Assembly (NCBI GenBank): GCA_963828195.1
Contig: CAWHDT010000009.1
Coordinates: forward strand, 96,001 to 160,000
Origin: Candidatus Bathyarchaeota archaeon
Lineage (GTDB): Archaea; Thermoproteota; Bathyarchaeia; Bathyarchaeales; Bathycorpusculaceae
DNA length: 64,000 nt
Direction: 5' to 3'
Shown one piece after another: positions 1 to 10,935 of this stretch. Within the stretch, counting starts at the first letter, position 1. Each line of letters begins with the position of its first letter. The position numbers and the translations under genes were made by a program. Below the pieces are notes generated by a model. That model did not search any database and was not told the origin of the DNA. It saw nothing but the letters and a program-made list of their open reading frames with translations.

Positions 1-166
1 GATGTAAATAATAGACCTCCTCATAGGTCGGCAGTGCCCGATTCAGCCTACCCAATCGCGTTTGCTCCCCAAGCTGCCCCACGGGTTCTGTCTCCCATAG
101 ACGCTACCTACTTGGTTTTCTATATGAACCAAATAGACGCATCTGCAGGATCCAAATAACTAAAAG

Positions 167-865
167 CTAATCGCCATTTTTACTATCAACATAGAATTGG
201 AGTTTTACTTTGGATGACTTTGCTCCGTCATTTTGAATTATTATGTACCATTTACCTTTTCTCGGAACTACATAGTCTACGCTGGCTTCCAAAATGTTTT
301 CATGACAGTTTTCGCTATCGAAATCTTTTGCTTCATCCCATTTATCGAAGTTTAGAGAATCGACAAAGTAAATGTTGATGCATTGACTTGAAGTAATCTC
401 ACCCTTCAGATGGTCTCCTTTTTTGAAGTCTTCAAATTCATAATGATAACCACCCATTGAAGGTATAATGATTGTTTCTTTTCGCAGTATTTCTCTTTCG
501 CCTTTTCCTGAATCATTTTTATCTTTTTCTTCATTTTTCCCTTCATTTGAATGCACCTGAATACTTACGTTTGATTGATCATGCGCCATTACCTGAATAC
601 CTGACGACTTTTTCTGAACTTGACTATTAGGTGATTCAGATGGTCGCTTTGTTTCATTGAGGTTTGAGAAATACTTTGAAACAGCCGTACCGATAGTTTC
701 TGGCTTCCAAAAACAGCCGATTCCCAACACAAGAAAAACCATTGCAAAGGCATAGAGTAATTGGTCAGTAGTATTCCAAGCATTGTTAATTGCTAATACA
801 AGTAGGATAACGAAACCAAATGAACTGCCTATTCCAGCAACATAGCCGTCTTTTTTCTTGTCCAT
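167..865 (-). CDS. Membrane protein with two N-terminal TM helices and a C-terminal GOLD-like (emp24/p24-type) beta-sandwich domain
   Basis: 232-aa ORF; two hydrophobic segments, polar linker, then KKGDHLKGEITS..INIYFVD...YVVPRKGKWYIIIQN pattern. Confidence 0.6.
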   Translation of the reverse strand: MDKKKDGYVAGIGSSFGFVILLVLAINNAWNTTDQLLYAFAMVFLVLGIGCFWKPETIGTAVSKYFSNLNETKRPSESPNSQVQKKSSGIQVMAHDQSNVSIQVHSNEGKNEEKDKNDSGKGEREILRKETIIIPSMGGYHYEFEDFKKGDHLKGEITSSQCINIYFVDSLNFDKWDEAKDFDSENCHENILEASVDYVVPRKGKWYIIIQNDGAKSSKVKLQFYVDSKNGD

Positions 866-1186
866 ACTTGCTATACTACCCTTTTATCTTTAATATTTTT
901 GGGAAATAAACAGTTTAAAAAAAAGAAAAAAGGATTTAGTTTATTTGGAAAAAGATGTTTTTCTAATATGGAGAAATTGCATGTTGATGTGAATTATTAG
1001 TAATGCTAACCGTAACATCAAAAGCGTTACAATAGGCTTCAGAAATCATTTTTGATTTGCACCTCTACCATGATATACGGGCAGGTTGTTACTTAAAAGT
1101 GTCAGGGCACGGACAAAAAAACAAGCGATGACAAAACACAAAACCTGAAAAATCTTAAATAGAAAGTCACCACATAGCAAGCCCTT

Positions 1187-2110
1187 ATGCCAACAAAAGC
1201 GGATTTGTTATCTAAACTTGATGAAAATTGCCTAAAAACAATAGCTAAAAGCGAAGGCTATCCAGTGCCTAAAACTTTTGGCAAACGTGAACTTGTCAAA
1301 TACTTAGACGGATTACTGACTCTTGAAAAAATCAAAGAATATACCGCCGAGGTTTACGAAAAGGAAACGAAAAGAGAAATCATTAAAGAGACAATCAAGG
1401 AACGTGGAATAAAAGTTAAGGTAAAAGAGTCAGAGAAAGTCGAAATAAGTAAACCCCAATTAATAAATGAAGTTATAAGCAGTAAGGCGAAAGTAGACAA
1501 AGCAGTGATAGAAGAACTTGCCACTTATCTTCATGAACCTATGCCAAAAGGCAGTGGGTATAACCTTTATAACAACATGAATGAGAAAATGCTCGAAATG
1601 GTTCATCGAATTTTCATCAAAAATGAAAGTGATGGGAAAGGCAGATTTTTAGAATTCCAATTTGCTAATTTCTTAATGAAACATACGAAAGCTGATGTTG
1701 CACGGCTAAAGATTCGCTACACCTTGGATAAAGTTGGCGAAATAGATGTTCTCGGATTTGACTCTGACGACCATCCAGTAGTTTTTGCCGAATGCAAGGA
1801 TAGACCAGTAAAGTATGAAGATATGGATAAATGGCTGTCAAACATTAGACGCATGCATTCAGAATACGAAGGTTCGCTTGAAGAAGCATATTTTGTGGGT
1901 TCTTCTGGGTACACGGACGGCACAATTAAGCGTGTTGAAGATTTAAAAGAAATCGATGCTAAAAAAGGCTGTGTAAAAACTGTCGATATTGTTTCACAGA
2001 TATTTACCTTTGCTACCAGCAACAAAGACTTTGCTAAATCTGGCGGCGTTTTCTTCGAGATATATGATGTAAGGCAGAATCAATTCGTTAAGATATTACC
2101 GCGAAATTAG
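1187..2110 (+). CDS. Restriction endonuclease-like protein (Mrr-type PD-(D/E)xK domain at the C-terminus)
   Basis: GRFLEFQFA...GEIDVLG...VFAECKDR catalytic pattern and YFVGSSGYT motif; TATA-like CTTAAAT upstream. Confidence 0.75.
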   Translation: MPTKADLLSKLDENCLKTIAKSEGYPVPKTFGKRELVKYLDGLLTLEKIKEYTAEVYEKETKREIIKETIKERGIKVKVKESEKVEISKPQLINEVISSKAKVDKAVIEELATYLHEPMPKGSGYNLYNNMNEKMLEMVHRIFIKNESDGKGRFLEFQFANFLMKHTKADVARLKIRYTLDKVGEIDVLGFDSDDHPVVFAECKDRPVKYEDMDKWLSNIRRMHSEYEGSLEEAYFVGSSGYTDGTIKRVEDLKEIDAKKGCVKTVDIVSQIFTFATSNKDFAKSGGVFFEIYDVRQNQFVKILPRN

Positions 2111-2684
2111 CCACTCGCGAAACCTAATTAATTTTTTCCTATCCATTTACGAATGGCGGAGCATTGGCTGATGCCAGTGTAATGCTGGAAGAATCGCTGG
2201 AGATATTGTAGAAGTGCGGTTTTAAGCGTTAAAAAAATGCGGTGAGCGTCATATGATAACCTATGAATCTACAGAGATTAATAGAACAGTGTCTTAAAAC
2301 TACAGTTTTCAGTGCTGAAACCATATCACAGGGTCTAAAAAAAGTTTAATCAATTGCTGAATCCGCTAAAACTGGAAAATTTTATTAACCTCAAAATTAA
2401 AATAAAAAATTTAAGTTATGCAAAAAATCAACGAACAACCCAAAGCTGCCTAAGAAATTTGCAATTGCTTGACTCTATTTTAAGGTCACCCCAAAATTTT
2501 AGGTCTGACCAGCACACTGGAGCCTAAAAAACCGGTCACTGTGCAACTTCTCCCAAGCCAAAGAGAAAAACGGGAAGCTAAAAATAAACAAAAATGTGCA
2601 ACTATGTTATCTGAAGCTGAAAAGGTTGGGTTACAAGCAAGTTTTTAGGGGGGAATAAAACTCGGTATTGTTTGGTGATGATGG

Positions 2685-5306
2685 ATGAAAGCGGTGTTTG
2701 CGGCACTGTTAGTTGTTCTTTTAAGCGGATTAGTGGTTTTCGGCGCAACTCCTTTTGGAAAATCACAAGGCTCCACGTCAGCTAACATTGTGATATCTCC
2801 GTCATCTGTAACTGTGAACGTCGGCCAGTCCGTCCTGTTCAACTCGTCTGTTTTGAATTTGCAGGGTTATCCCATTTACCAATGGTACGTGAACGGCACT
2901 GCGGCGCCGGGGGGAGTTTATTCCTCTTGGGCTTTCACACCGACGGCACCGGGATGGTACAGTGTATCATTAGAAGTTTCGACAACAGTGACCGAGGCCA
3001 ACCCCAATCCCAATAATTCGACTTCTACATCCGTTTTGGAGCCCGCTGGAGTATCTAACACGGCGCAAGTTCTAGTAACCACGTCTTCGCCCACCGGGTC
3101 ATTTGGATATTCAAATTCGACTTCGCAAGCCAACGGGCATGGCGAGCAGTATTTAGCTGTAGGTTCAAGGTACACGTTGTCTGTCGATGCGAACGTAACT
3201 TCCATTTCAGCCGATATGAGTTTTAACTTTGTAAGCTACCCAAATGGGTCAATCATATACTCCTTCGCCATCTACAACCAAGAAAACGGGTTACTAGGCA
3301 GCCTAATCGCTCAAACCAGCCAAGGCGCACTAACCAACAATGACCCCTCGGCAATGGCATGGCATACTCTGTGTTTTGCGTCGCCTGTCACCCTAACCCC
3401 CGGAGCATACTGGCTTATGGAACTTGATAACGGCAGCGGCGGTAACAGCATAATGATCGCTTCAAACCCAGACGTTAGCGGCGTTTCAACTGTGGAGGCA
3501 GAAGCCGGCAGCACGACTTTTCCAACCACGTTGAATTCGCCGATCTACACGCAAAATTACGCTGAATGCATCTTTGCATCCTACACTACAGGCACAACAA
3601 CAAACCCCATCAGCGGCTCAACACCTATTCCGACGCCGACAACAAACAATGGCGGCACCTCAAACTGGCCAATGTTTCAAAATGACCCCTCACATTCGGG
3701 CTACTCCACAATTGCTGGTCCAACAACAAACCAAACCCTGTGGATTTACCCAACAGGCAGCTCAATTTTATGTTCCCCCGCGGTTGCAAACGGCGAAGTC
3801 TACGTGGGCTCCAACAAAGGCGCAGTTTACGATTTGGATGCCGCAACTGGAAACACGATCTGGATTTATCAAACCGGCGGCGCCATTTATTCTTCTCCAG
3901 CAGTTGCTAACGGTGTGGTCTACGTTGGTTCGTGGGACGATTGCCTTTATGCTTTGAACGCTACTAATGGCGAGAAATTGTGGAGTTACCAAACAGGCAG
4001 CTACGTGCAGTCTTCTCCCGTCGTTGTTAACGGGGTCGTTTACATAGCGTCTTATGACGCAAGCGTTTATGCTTTAAACGCAGAGACTGGAGCTTTGCTG
4101 TGGAGTTTCGCAACAGGCAGCGGCGCGGTAGGTTCTTCCCCGGCTGTTGTCAACGGCGTCGTCTATATAGGTGATAACGGAGGAAACGTTTTTGCCTTGA
4201 ACGCTTCTAACGGAGACAAGCTGTGGAGTTACAAAGCCGGCGACACTATTTATTCGTCAGCAGCCGTAGCCAACGGCGTAGTCTACGTAGGCGCCGACTC
4301 AGGCAATAATGGCAGCATCTGCGCGTTAAACGCTAATACAGGGTTGGTGCTGTGGACTTATCAAACAGGCAACTTATGGGTGTATTCCTCTCCAGCGGTC
4401 GCCAACGGAGTAGTCTATGTGGGCTCTTATGCACCTCAAGGCCAAGATGAAGGCAGCCTTTACGCCCTGAATGCTTCCAGCGGAGGCTTGCTGTGGAGTT
4501 ACCCGACAGGCGGCGAAGTATTTTCATCTCCAGCAGTCGCCAACGGAATAGTCTATATCGGCTCTGAGAACAACAATATCTACGCTTTGAACGCGACCAG
4601 CGGGGTTAACTTATGGAGTTACCAAACAGGCGACGATGCGGGTTGGTCTTCTCCAGCTATTGCCAGCGGGGTTCTTTACGCCGGCTCAGAAGATGGTAAC
4701 GTGTACGCTTTTAGTTCTTCCACTCCATCTACCACGCCAACTTCAACGGCTACTCCAATTCCGACAAATGAGTCAGCTACAACCGCGCCTGCAACGACAA
4801 ACACAACAGTGGACCTTGCAATCAGCGGAAACATAACTAGCTCACAGATGTCTGACGTCACAATTTCAACAAACCAGTCAGCCACCTCCTTGTCTTTCAC
4901 GGTGACGGGCGTGAGCGGTACGATAGGCTTTGGCAATCTGACAATCCCCAAAAGCGAGGTACCTGACGGTTCCATCCCGATAATCTATATTGACGGCCAA
5001 ATCGCTCAAAACCAGGGCTACACGCAGGACAGCAGCAACTACTACGTGTGGTTCACAACCCACTTTAGCACGCACCAAGTAACAATAGTGTTCGCTAAAA
5101 CATCTTCGGATAGCTCTATCATGCTTCAGGCGATTTATGGAGTAGCAGTTGCTGCGGCAGTCGTGGTGATTGTTATGGTTGTCCTCAAATTAGCGATAAA
5201 AGACAAACCGCACAAGCAGATGGCAAGCGGTCAACCTTCGACAATAATTCCCAACAATCAAGCCGCCTCCCCCCTACTATTTACAACTCATTCTGCGAGT
5301 AAATAG
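2685..5306 (+). CDS. Secreted, C-terminally anchored PQQ-type beta-propeller repeat protein with Ig-like and DUF4082-like N-terminal domains
   Basis: Signal peptide; about 8 repeats of SSPAVANGVVYVGS..D..YALNA..G..LWSY; Thr/Pro linkers; C-terminal TM helix. Confidence 0.85.
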   Translation: MKAVFAALLVVLLSGLVVFGATPFGKSQGSTSANIVISPSSVTVNVGQSVLFNSSVLNLQGYPIYQWYVNGTAAPGGVYSSWAFTPTAPGWYSVSLEVSTTVTEANPNPNNSTSTSVLEPAGVSNTAQVLVTTSSPTGSFGYSNSTSQANGHGEQYLAVGSRYTLSVDANVTSISADMSFNFVSYPNGSIIYSFAIYNQENGLLGSLIAQTSQGALTNNDPSAMAWHTLCFASPVTLTPGAYWLMELDNGSGGNSIMIASNPDVSGVSTVEAEAGSTTFPTTLNSPIYTQNYAECIFASYTTGTTTNPISGSTPIPTPTTNNGGTSNWPMFQNDPSHSGYSTIAGPTTNQTLWIYPTGSSILCSPAVANGEVYVGSNKGAVYDLDAATGNTIWIYQTGGAIYSSPAVANGVVYVGSWDDCLYALNATNGEKLWSYQTGSYVQSSPVVVNGVVYIASYDASVYALNAETGALLWSFATGSGAVGSSPAVVNGVVYIGDNGGNVFALNASNGDKLWSYKAGDTIYSSAAVANGVVYVGADSGNNGSICALNANTGLVLWTYQTGNLWVYSSPAVANGVVYVGSYAPQGQDEGSLYALNASSGGLLWSYPTGGEVFSSPAVANGIVYIGSENNNIYALNATSGVNLWSYQTGDDAGWSSPAIASGVLYAGSEDGNVYAFSSSTPSTTPTSTATPIPTNESATTAPATTNTTVDLAISGNITSSQMSDVTISTNQSATSLSFTVTGVSGTIGFGNLTIPKSEVPDGSIPIIYIDGQIAQNQGYTQDSSNYYVWFTTHFSTHQVTIVFAKTSSDSSIMLQAIYGVAVAAAVVVIVMVVLKLAIKDKPHKQMASGQPSTIIPNNQAASPLLFTTHSASK

Positions 5307-5370
5307 CAAAATCCGCTGAAAGAAACGACAAATAAAAGAAAGCTTACGCCCGAAGCGTTGCTTAAAAAAG

Positions 5371-6195
5371 TTAGAGGTATTTTTCGTAGGTTTTAAGCTG
5401 CGGATTGTTGGCTTTGTTGACGAAGAGTTTGCCTGTGCCGTGCTCTGCCAGGTCGCCTAAAAACACGTAGAAGGGTCCTGCGACGCTTTGGGTGTCGTCG
5501 ATTTTGACTTTGGGTTTAACGCTGTCAACGGTGAATCCCGGCATTACCTCTTGAATTGTGCCTGTTATGACGATTTTGCCGCCTGTCATCAATGCGCCCG
5601 CCCGCGTGTCACATTCCTTATCCACAAGGATTGAGCCTTCGCTCATGTGGTAGCCGAGGAATCTGCCTGCGCCGCCTTTGATTTTAAGCACTCCGCCTTT
5701 AAGGTAGCAGCCTACATCGCTGCCGACTTTACCGTCAACAACTATCAAGCCGCCCTTCATGCCTGTACTGCTGCTTCCACGGTACGGAGAAGCCAAGTAG
5801 TCACCTGCATCGCCGTGAACCTCAATGGTTCCCGCTTTCATCTCGTTACCTGTCCACCCGCCAACGTTGCCGTTTATCGTGATTTTGCCGCCCAGCATTT
5901 TTTCGCCAGTGTGCATGCCGCAGTCGCCGTTGACGACGATTTCCCCATTTTTCATGCCTGAGCCTATGCGTTTAACTTTGCCGCAGTCGCCGTTTATGGT
6001 TATGTCGGGGGTTTGAGCTGGGTCTTCGATTATTTCGAAGAGGTCGCCAAGTTTCAGTTGGCGGTTTCCTTCCGTAACGGGCAGAGCTGCTATTTCAGCG
6101 GTGGTTTTGCCTTTGAAAACAGCGGGGCTTATGCATGCTGCCTGAACGGGCACTTCGAATTTTCTAAGGGGCACAAGAGTTATCATTTTAGACAC
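5371..6195 (-). CDS. fwdC: Formylmethanofuran dehydrogenase subunit C
   Basis: GxxMxxG/GXGXG beta-helix repeats; last gene of the fwdDBAC operon. Confidence 0.95.
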   Translation of the reverse strand: MSKMITLVPLRKFEVPVQAACISPAVFKGKTTAEIAALPVTEGNRQLKLGDLFEIIEDPAQTPDITINGDCGKVKRIGSGMKNGEIVVNGDCGMHTGEKMLGGKITINGNVGGWTGNEMKAGTIEVHGDAGDYLASPYRGSSSTGMKGGLIVVDGKVGSDVGCYLKGGVLKIKGGAGRFLGYHMSEGSILVDKECDTRAGALMTGGKIVITGTIQEVMPGFTVDSVKPKVKIDDTQSVAGPFYVFLGDLAEHGTGKLFVNKANNPQLKTYEKYL

Positions 6196-7879
6196 TTGCC
6201 TTCACAGTTAATTTTTCTGGAACTTTCAAGTAATGGTCAAACACTGGGTAATTGTCGTATTCAATGGTCCAGTACTGCTTGAACTTGCGTTTCATTTCCT
6301 CATCGATCACGCAGGGCTCTTTTGTCTGCACATCAAGCCACATGGTTCTGCCGCTGGCTTTGCTTACTACTTCGCCGTCTTTAACCACAACTTCCCCGTC
6401 CTTAATCGTGTAAGCTGCGTGCTTGAACGCTTTACGCGCAAGCTTGAACTGTTTAGCTATATCGGTTGTTTCAGGATTAATAGCATATATAGCGACGTCT
6501 GCGTCTGCACCCACGCCGAGGTGACCCTTATTTTTGAGACCCAGCGCTTTAGCTTGCCCCGCACGAGTCATAATTGCCAACTCATACAGCGTCAATTCCC
6601 TGTCAATTGAGGGTAACAGGCTCTTTTTCAATGCTTTCTTGTGAATGTGATTTAGCGTTGCCTGACGTGCATCTTTGCTGGTGAGCCAAGCGAGAATTCT
6701 TGGGTAAGCAAAAAATGGTCCCGCGTTCGGGTGGTCTGTTGTCATGAAGATTTTCCAAGGATCCTTAATTAGCAAGGCTAACTCTAACCCGATTGACCAC
6801 TGTGTTGCATTGACGGCGTTGTTTTTCTTGTATGAGAAGGGTATGATTCCGCCGCTTGTCTCAGTTTCAACGTCGCTGTTAACCCATTTGTGGCCGCTTA
6901 GCTCGTAGAGCTCGAACTCGAAAGGTCCGTCAGCAGTCATGGTTGTGGTGTCTGTGAAGATGATTTGCCCCATGTCAACGGTCACGTGGCTGTGTGCGTT
7001 GATGTAGCTTGAGATTTCTTCTGCTGCTGATTTAAAGTGACCCCAGCCGTCGCCGGCATAACTGCTGAATTGCAAGTGGGTTATGTGCGCAACTGGTTTG
7101 CCGTCTGTTGAAAGGTCTTCAAGCGCCCGCATGGTGTCAAGCGTAGTGGTGTAGTTGCCTGGCAACCCCAGATTGTTCGTGTGAAGATGAATGGTGTGGG
7201 GAAGATTGAGCAATTTGTTAACTTTAACTAAACCCCTCATTATTTCGCGTGGAGTAATGCAGAAGTTTGGAACTTGATCGTCAATGGTGTGTACGTTGTG
7301 TCCGAAACCCCATGATTCTAAGCCGCCTGGGTTCACGATTTTTATGGCGTAGCCTTTGGTTATGTCAAGCATCCAGGCAACGTGCCGTGCACATTCCTCG
7401 ATGTTGCCTTTAGAGAGGTTCTCCAGCACAAACCACCAGTCGCCCAGCAGCGGGTACGTGGCTTTGTCAACAAGCGGAATATCGTTTAATTCTTCATGTG
7501 TGTGTTTGGCTTCCAGAGGCGCCATGGATGGATTCATGATTGTTGTATAACCCATCTCTGAATAGCGGTAACCAGTAACGAATGTAGACGGAATCGAGTA
7601 GCCAGTGCCAGCGCGAGTCATAGCTGTTTTGCGCACCACATCTTTAACGTGGTCTTCGGGACGAACAATTCTGCCAGTGTTAACTTCGCCGCCTGCAACG
7701 TGAGTGTGAATGTCAACGCCGCCAGGCATAACCGTCAATCCTGCGGCATCAATCACTTGAGCCTTGCGCGTTACTTTCTCAACGATTTTGCCGTTTTTGA
7801 TGGATATATCCATTTTTTCGCCGTTAACACCGTTTATGGGGTCAAAGACGAAGCCGTTCTTTATGATTAACTCAGTCAT
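6188..7879 (-). CDS. fwdA: Formylmethanofuran dehydrogenase subunit A (amidohydrolase)
   Basis: MPGGVDIHTH, IKIVNPGG, IHLHTNNLG, TTDHPNAGPF motifs. Confidence 0.97.
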   Translation of the reverse strand: MTELIIKNGFVFDPINGVNGEKMDISIKNGKIVEKVTRKAQVIDAAGLTVMPGGVDIHTHVAGGEVNTGRIVRPEDHVKDVVRKTAMTRAGTGYSIPSTFVTGYRYSEMGYTTIMNPSMAPLEAKHTHEELNDIPLVDKATYPLLGDWWFVLENLSKGNIEECARHVAWMLDITKGYAIKIVNPGGLESWGFGHNVHTIDDQVPNFCITPREIMRGLVKVNKLLNLPHTIHLHTNNLGLPGNYTTTLDTMRALEDLSTDGKPVAHITHLQFSSYAGDGWGHFKSAAEEISSYINAHSHVTVDMGQIIFTDTTTMTADGPFEFELYELSGHKWVNSDVETETSGGIIPFSYKKNNAVNATQWSIGLELALLIKDPWKIFMTTDHPNAGPFFAYPRILAWLTSKDARQATLNHIHKKALKKSLLPSIDRELTLYELAIMTRAGQAKALGLKNKGHLGVGADADVAIYAINPETTDIAKQFKLARKAFKHAAYTIKDGEVVVKDGEVVSKASGRTMWLDVQTKEPCVIDEEMKRKFKQYWTIEYDNYPVFDHYLKVPEKLTVKASV

Positions 7880-9399
7880 TCAGCAACAACCTCTGCTTTT
7901 TTGTGTTCTTTCTTAGTGTGAAGCTCCTTTTTTGGCTCTTCGCCAGCTTTTTGTGCTTTAATCGCCCGGACTTCTTCGAGGATTTTCGTGAGGAGCTCTT
8001 CATCGTTTAGGATTCCTTCCGGTGGCTCGACAACTTTGCGCAGCATAATGGGCACATGATCCATGCGGTAAGCTGTACCCTCATACTCTATGCCGCACCA
8101 CTGCGTTGGAAAAACCACGTCGCCGAGCCTTGAGATGGCGTTCATATCTGGGTTAATGGTGATAATGGGGTGCTTCATCATATTTTGCATAGCTACCTTA
8201 GGAAAGTGCGCACCTGGATCGGATGAAATACATAGTGTTGCATCGTTGTCTCCGCGTCTTAGAAGATCGATGGTTGTGAATTCCCCAGGGTTGTATTGGG
8301 GATACCCCTGCGAGAAGTCAATGGCGTATGGGTAACCAGTCGTCCAAGCGAAAACCACGTTTGCGCCCGTAACGTTGAAGTGCCCTCGCATGGGCGAAAT
8401 GACAAATTTGGTTCTTCTGTTCAGGTCCCTTGTTAACGCGATTGCTATTTCGATGTTTCTGAATCTGCCAGCGCTCTGCGTTAACCCCAAGCCGAAGAAG
8501 ATCACGCCGAAATCGCAGTTTACCATGGCATCTGTTACTTCTTTTAGGTATGCAACTGGAACGCCGCCGACTTTGTCAAGATCCAGTTCTTGATCAGCCA
8601 CTAAACACCGCATGGCGTCAAGTATTTCATAATCCTTGTTTGGTTGAACCTGAATAAAGTAGTCAGCTGCCTCAGCAGTCATGGTTTTCCTCACGTCAAC
8701 AACAATCAGTTTACGACCTGCCTTCTGCATTGTCCCCGGCGGCGCATCTACCACGCATGCGTCCGGATGAACAGGCGGATTATAATCCCCTAATATTCGC
8801 CGTGAAGCCGCTTCCACTTTTTTCTTGCTCTGCGTGCCCTTCAACTTTTCAAGGTAACTTTTCCATTCACTGCCCTCAAAACGTCCATCAGTGAAACTGG
8901 TGTATCTTTCAAGGTGCCTCGGGTGCGAAGTCCACGGGTTGCATGCCCAATAAACAATCAGGTCCGCCCGATGCCTCACTTGCCCAAGAGTGCAGGCGGG
9001 GATGCCGATTTCCTGCGTCGCCATAACTGATGGCCCGTGGCAGACGCTGCAGCAGTTATCGAGGGCTGAGCCTAATTCTTCAGCTAACTGAACACCGATT
9101 CGCTGTGCCTCGCTAGTTGAGCTGCTCCAGCCGAACAGAAGTGGATACTTTGCGTCAGTGAGAATTTGAGCTGCCTTATGCACTGCTTCATCCATCGATA
9201 CAGGAACCAGTACGCCGTCCTTGCGTATCATGGGTTTCAGGATTCGTTCATCGCTCTTGTACCCGTGAACCATTTTAGCTTCGCATTGGGCGCAGCCATT
9301 CTTCATTTTAACAATCTCGTTATTTTCGACAGTAACCTCAATGTCGTCACATAAGCAGCCGCAAATTGGGCAAACAACTGATTTTATCGTTTCTGCCAT
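7876..9399 (-). CDS. fwdB: Formylmethanofuran dehydrogenase subunit B (Mo/W-pterin), Cys form
   Basis: CPICGCLCDD Fe-S motif, SVCHGP, PMRGHFNV, GTAYRMD. Confidence 0.96.
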   Translation of the reverse strand: MAETIKSVVCPICGCLCDDIEVTVENNEIVKMKNGCAQCEAKMVHGYKSDERILKPMIRKDGVLVPVSMDEAVHKAAQILTDAKYPLLFGWSSSTSEAQRIGVQLAEELGSALDNCCSVCHGPSVMATQEIGIPACTLGQVRHRADLIVYWACNPWTSHPRHLERYTSFTDGRFEGSEWKSYLEKLKGTQSKKKVEAASRRILGDYNPPVHPDACVVDAPPGTMQKAGRKLIVVDVRKTMTAEAADYFIQVQPNKDYEILDAMRCLVADQELDLDKVGGVPVAYLKEVTDAMVNCDFGVIFFGLGLTQSAGRFRNIEIAIALTRDLNRRTKFVISPMRGHFNVTGANVVFAWTTGYPYAIDFSQGYPQYNPGEFTTIDLLRRGDNDATLCISSDPGAHFPKVAMQNMMKHPIITINPDMNAISRLGDVVFPTQWCGIEYEGTAYRMDHVPIMLRKVVEPPEGILNDEELLTKILEEVRAIKAQKAGEEPKKELHTKKEHKKAEVVAE

Positions 9400-9404
9400 A
9401 ACAA

Positions 9405-9806
9405 TTACCTTCCATACTCCTCTTTCAAAAGTTCATTAAGCGTCAAAACGGTTTGGTTTGGGGCAGGTTCAACTTCCACTTGGAAGCCCTTGAACAGGGG
9501 CATGCCCATGCCGAATGTTTCGTCTCCGCAGATGGCGTTTGCCCAGAGTCCGCAGGGGATGAAAACCAAGCCGGGGTTGGAGCCGTAGGGGTTTTTTTCT
9601 GCTTTAACGATGACTGAACCGTACTTCGAAGTTACCTTGACGTTTGATCGGCTTTTTATGCCCAGTTTCTTCAAGTCAGCTTCATCGATGACGCAGATGG
9701 AGGAGCTGTCAAAATACTCTTTTGAGCCCTTCCCCATTTCTTTCCCAACACCCTGATCAATAGTTCGACCAGTAATCAAAATCGCAGTTAACTTTTGCTC
9801 AACCAT
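9405..9806 (-). CDS. fwdD: Formylmethanofuran dehydrogenase subunit D (molybdopterin dinucleotide-binding)
   Basis: LITGRTIDQG, VFIPCGLWAN, GMPLFKG motifs; operon position. Confidence 0.93.
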   Translation of the reverse strand: MVEQKLTAILITGRTIDQGVGKEMGKGSKEYFDSSSICVIDEADLKKLGIKSRSNVKVTSKYGSVIVKAEKNPYGSNPGLVFIPCGLWANAICGDETFGMGMPLFKGFQVEVEPAPNQTVLTLNELLKEEYGR

Positions 9807-10069
9807 GGTCTACGACCTTACCCAATAAAGTTTAAGCAGTTATATTTAAAATTAAGTTAAAAAAACCTCAAAATCCACCTTTAACTCAAGACATCAAAAA
9901 AATCAAGCACATGAGTAAAACGCAAAACTAAAAACACTTAAGCTTAAGGAACCTGAAAAATAATTTTAATTAAGATTGTTTCTATTAATAATGAACAAAG
10001 ATACCTTAACATATCAGAGTTAGAAACTTTGTTAATTTACGGAATTACATCTTAACCTTTTGATGAACA

Positions 10070-10375
10070 TTACCATATACCGATAGAAGTAAGTTTCTTG
10101 TGCAAAGTTTCACTTACGATTCTGTCAGCCTCTTTTTGTTTGTCCCCCAGTATCTCAAAATTGTGATTATAATTTGCTGTTACTGATCCAGTTAGAACTA
10201 ACTGTCCAACTCCCATTTCACCTGAGTCTATTTCACCCAATTTTTCTTTGGTTCCATATTGAAGGTTAAGGTCAGTGATTTTAGCATTAGGAAAGGCTTT
10301 TTTAAGTTTTTTATTAGTTTGTATTTCAAGTTTTTCTAACCATTTTGGTTTTATAACTTCATTCTCCATAAACAA
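10070..10375 (-). CDS. Hypothetical protein
   Basis: 101-aa ORF with upstream GAGG and a CTTAAAT TATA-like box. Confidence 0.55.
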   Translation of the reverse strand: MFMENEVIKPKWLEKLEIQTNKKLKKAFPNAKITDLNLQYGTKEKLGEIDSGEMGVGQLVLTGSVTANYNHNFEILGDKQKEADRIVSETLHKKLTSIGIW

Positions 10376-10602
10376 GCCTCATTTGTAATCAGAGATATTC
10401 AGATTTAAGATTTTTCTATATCTGTTCTTTTCGGTACATTTTCGGGAATAACTGTTAGTTTTCAGTTTACCCAGAACAGCCTTTTATCGTTGCGACTTTT
10501 CACACGTAACTTCTCTCAGGAATCTCAACAGGGGACAAATTGTTTGTCCAAAAATAATCAGATTTCCCTAATTAATCAAGTTTCTAATCGCTTAAAAATT
10601 TA

Positions 10603-10622
10603 GTAAAATTTCGTTGGCAGTT
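10603..10622. repeat. 20-bp direct repeat GTAAAATTTCGTTGGCAGTT, copy 1
   Basis: Identical to 10936-10955. Confidence 0.85.
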
Positions 10623-10633
10623 ACTACATCTAG

Positions 10634-10879
10634 TTAACAATGGCGCTCTGAAAGTTCTTTGGCGAACCTCCACATGATGAACCCGATTGCAGCGATAATG
10701 AAACTTACGATTGCAAAAGCGTCTACATGAATCCACGGTATAAGAGGGGACAACTCAGTGTACTGGTATTGTGGAAGCCCAAGTTGCACAATCACTCCGT
10801 AAATCCAGGCTAACATTCCGAACAAGAAAAGGAATTCGCCAGTAACCTTCAAAACAATCAACTTTAGATCTGCAGTCAT
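10634..10879 (-). CDS. Small two-TM membrane protein
   Basis: 81-aa ORF with two hydrophobic helices; lies between the two 20-bp repeats. Confidence 0.7.
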   Translation of the reverse strand: MTADLKLIVLKVTGEFLFLFGMLAWIYGVIVQLGLPQYQYTELSPLIPWIHVDAFAIVSFIIAAIGFIMWRFAKELSERHC

Positions 10880-10935
10880 CAGAGTAGTTCCTATGTTCTT
10901 AAAGCAAAAGCCTGAATACCCTAATAAGAATTCTT

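Noticed and set aside
7876-9399. Selenocysteine-containing FwdB
   Set aside because: The ligand codon is TGC (CHGP); no in-frame TGA
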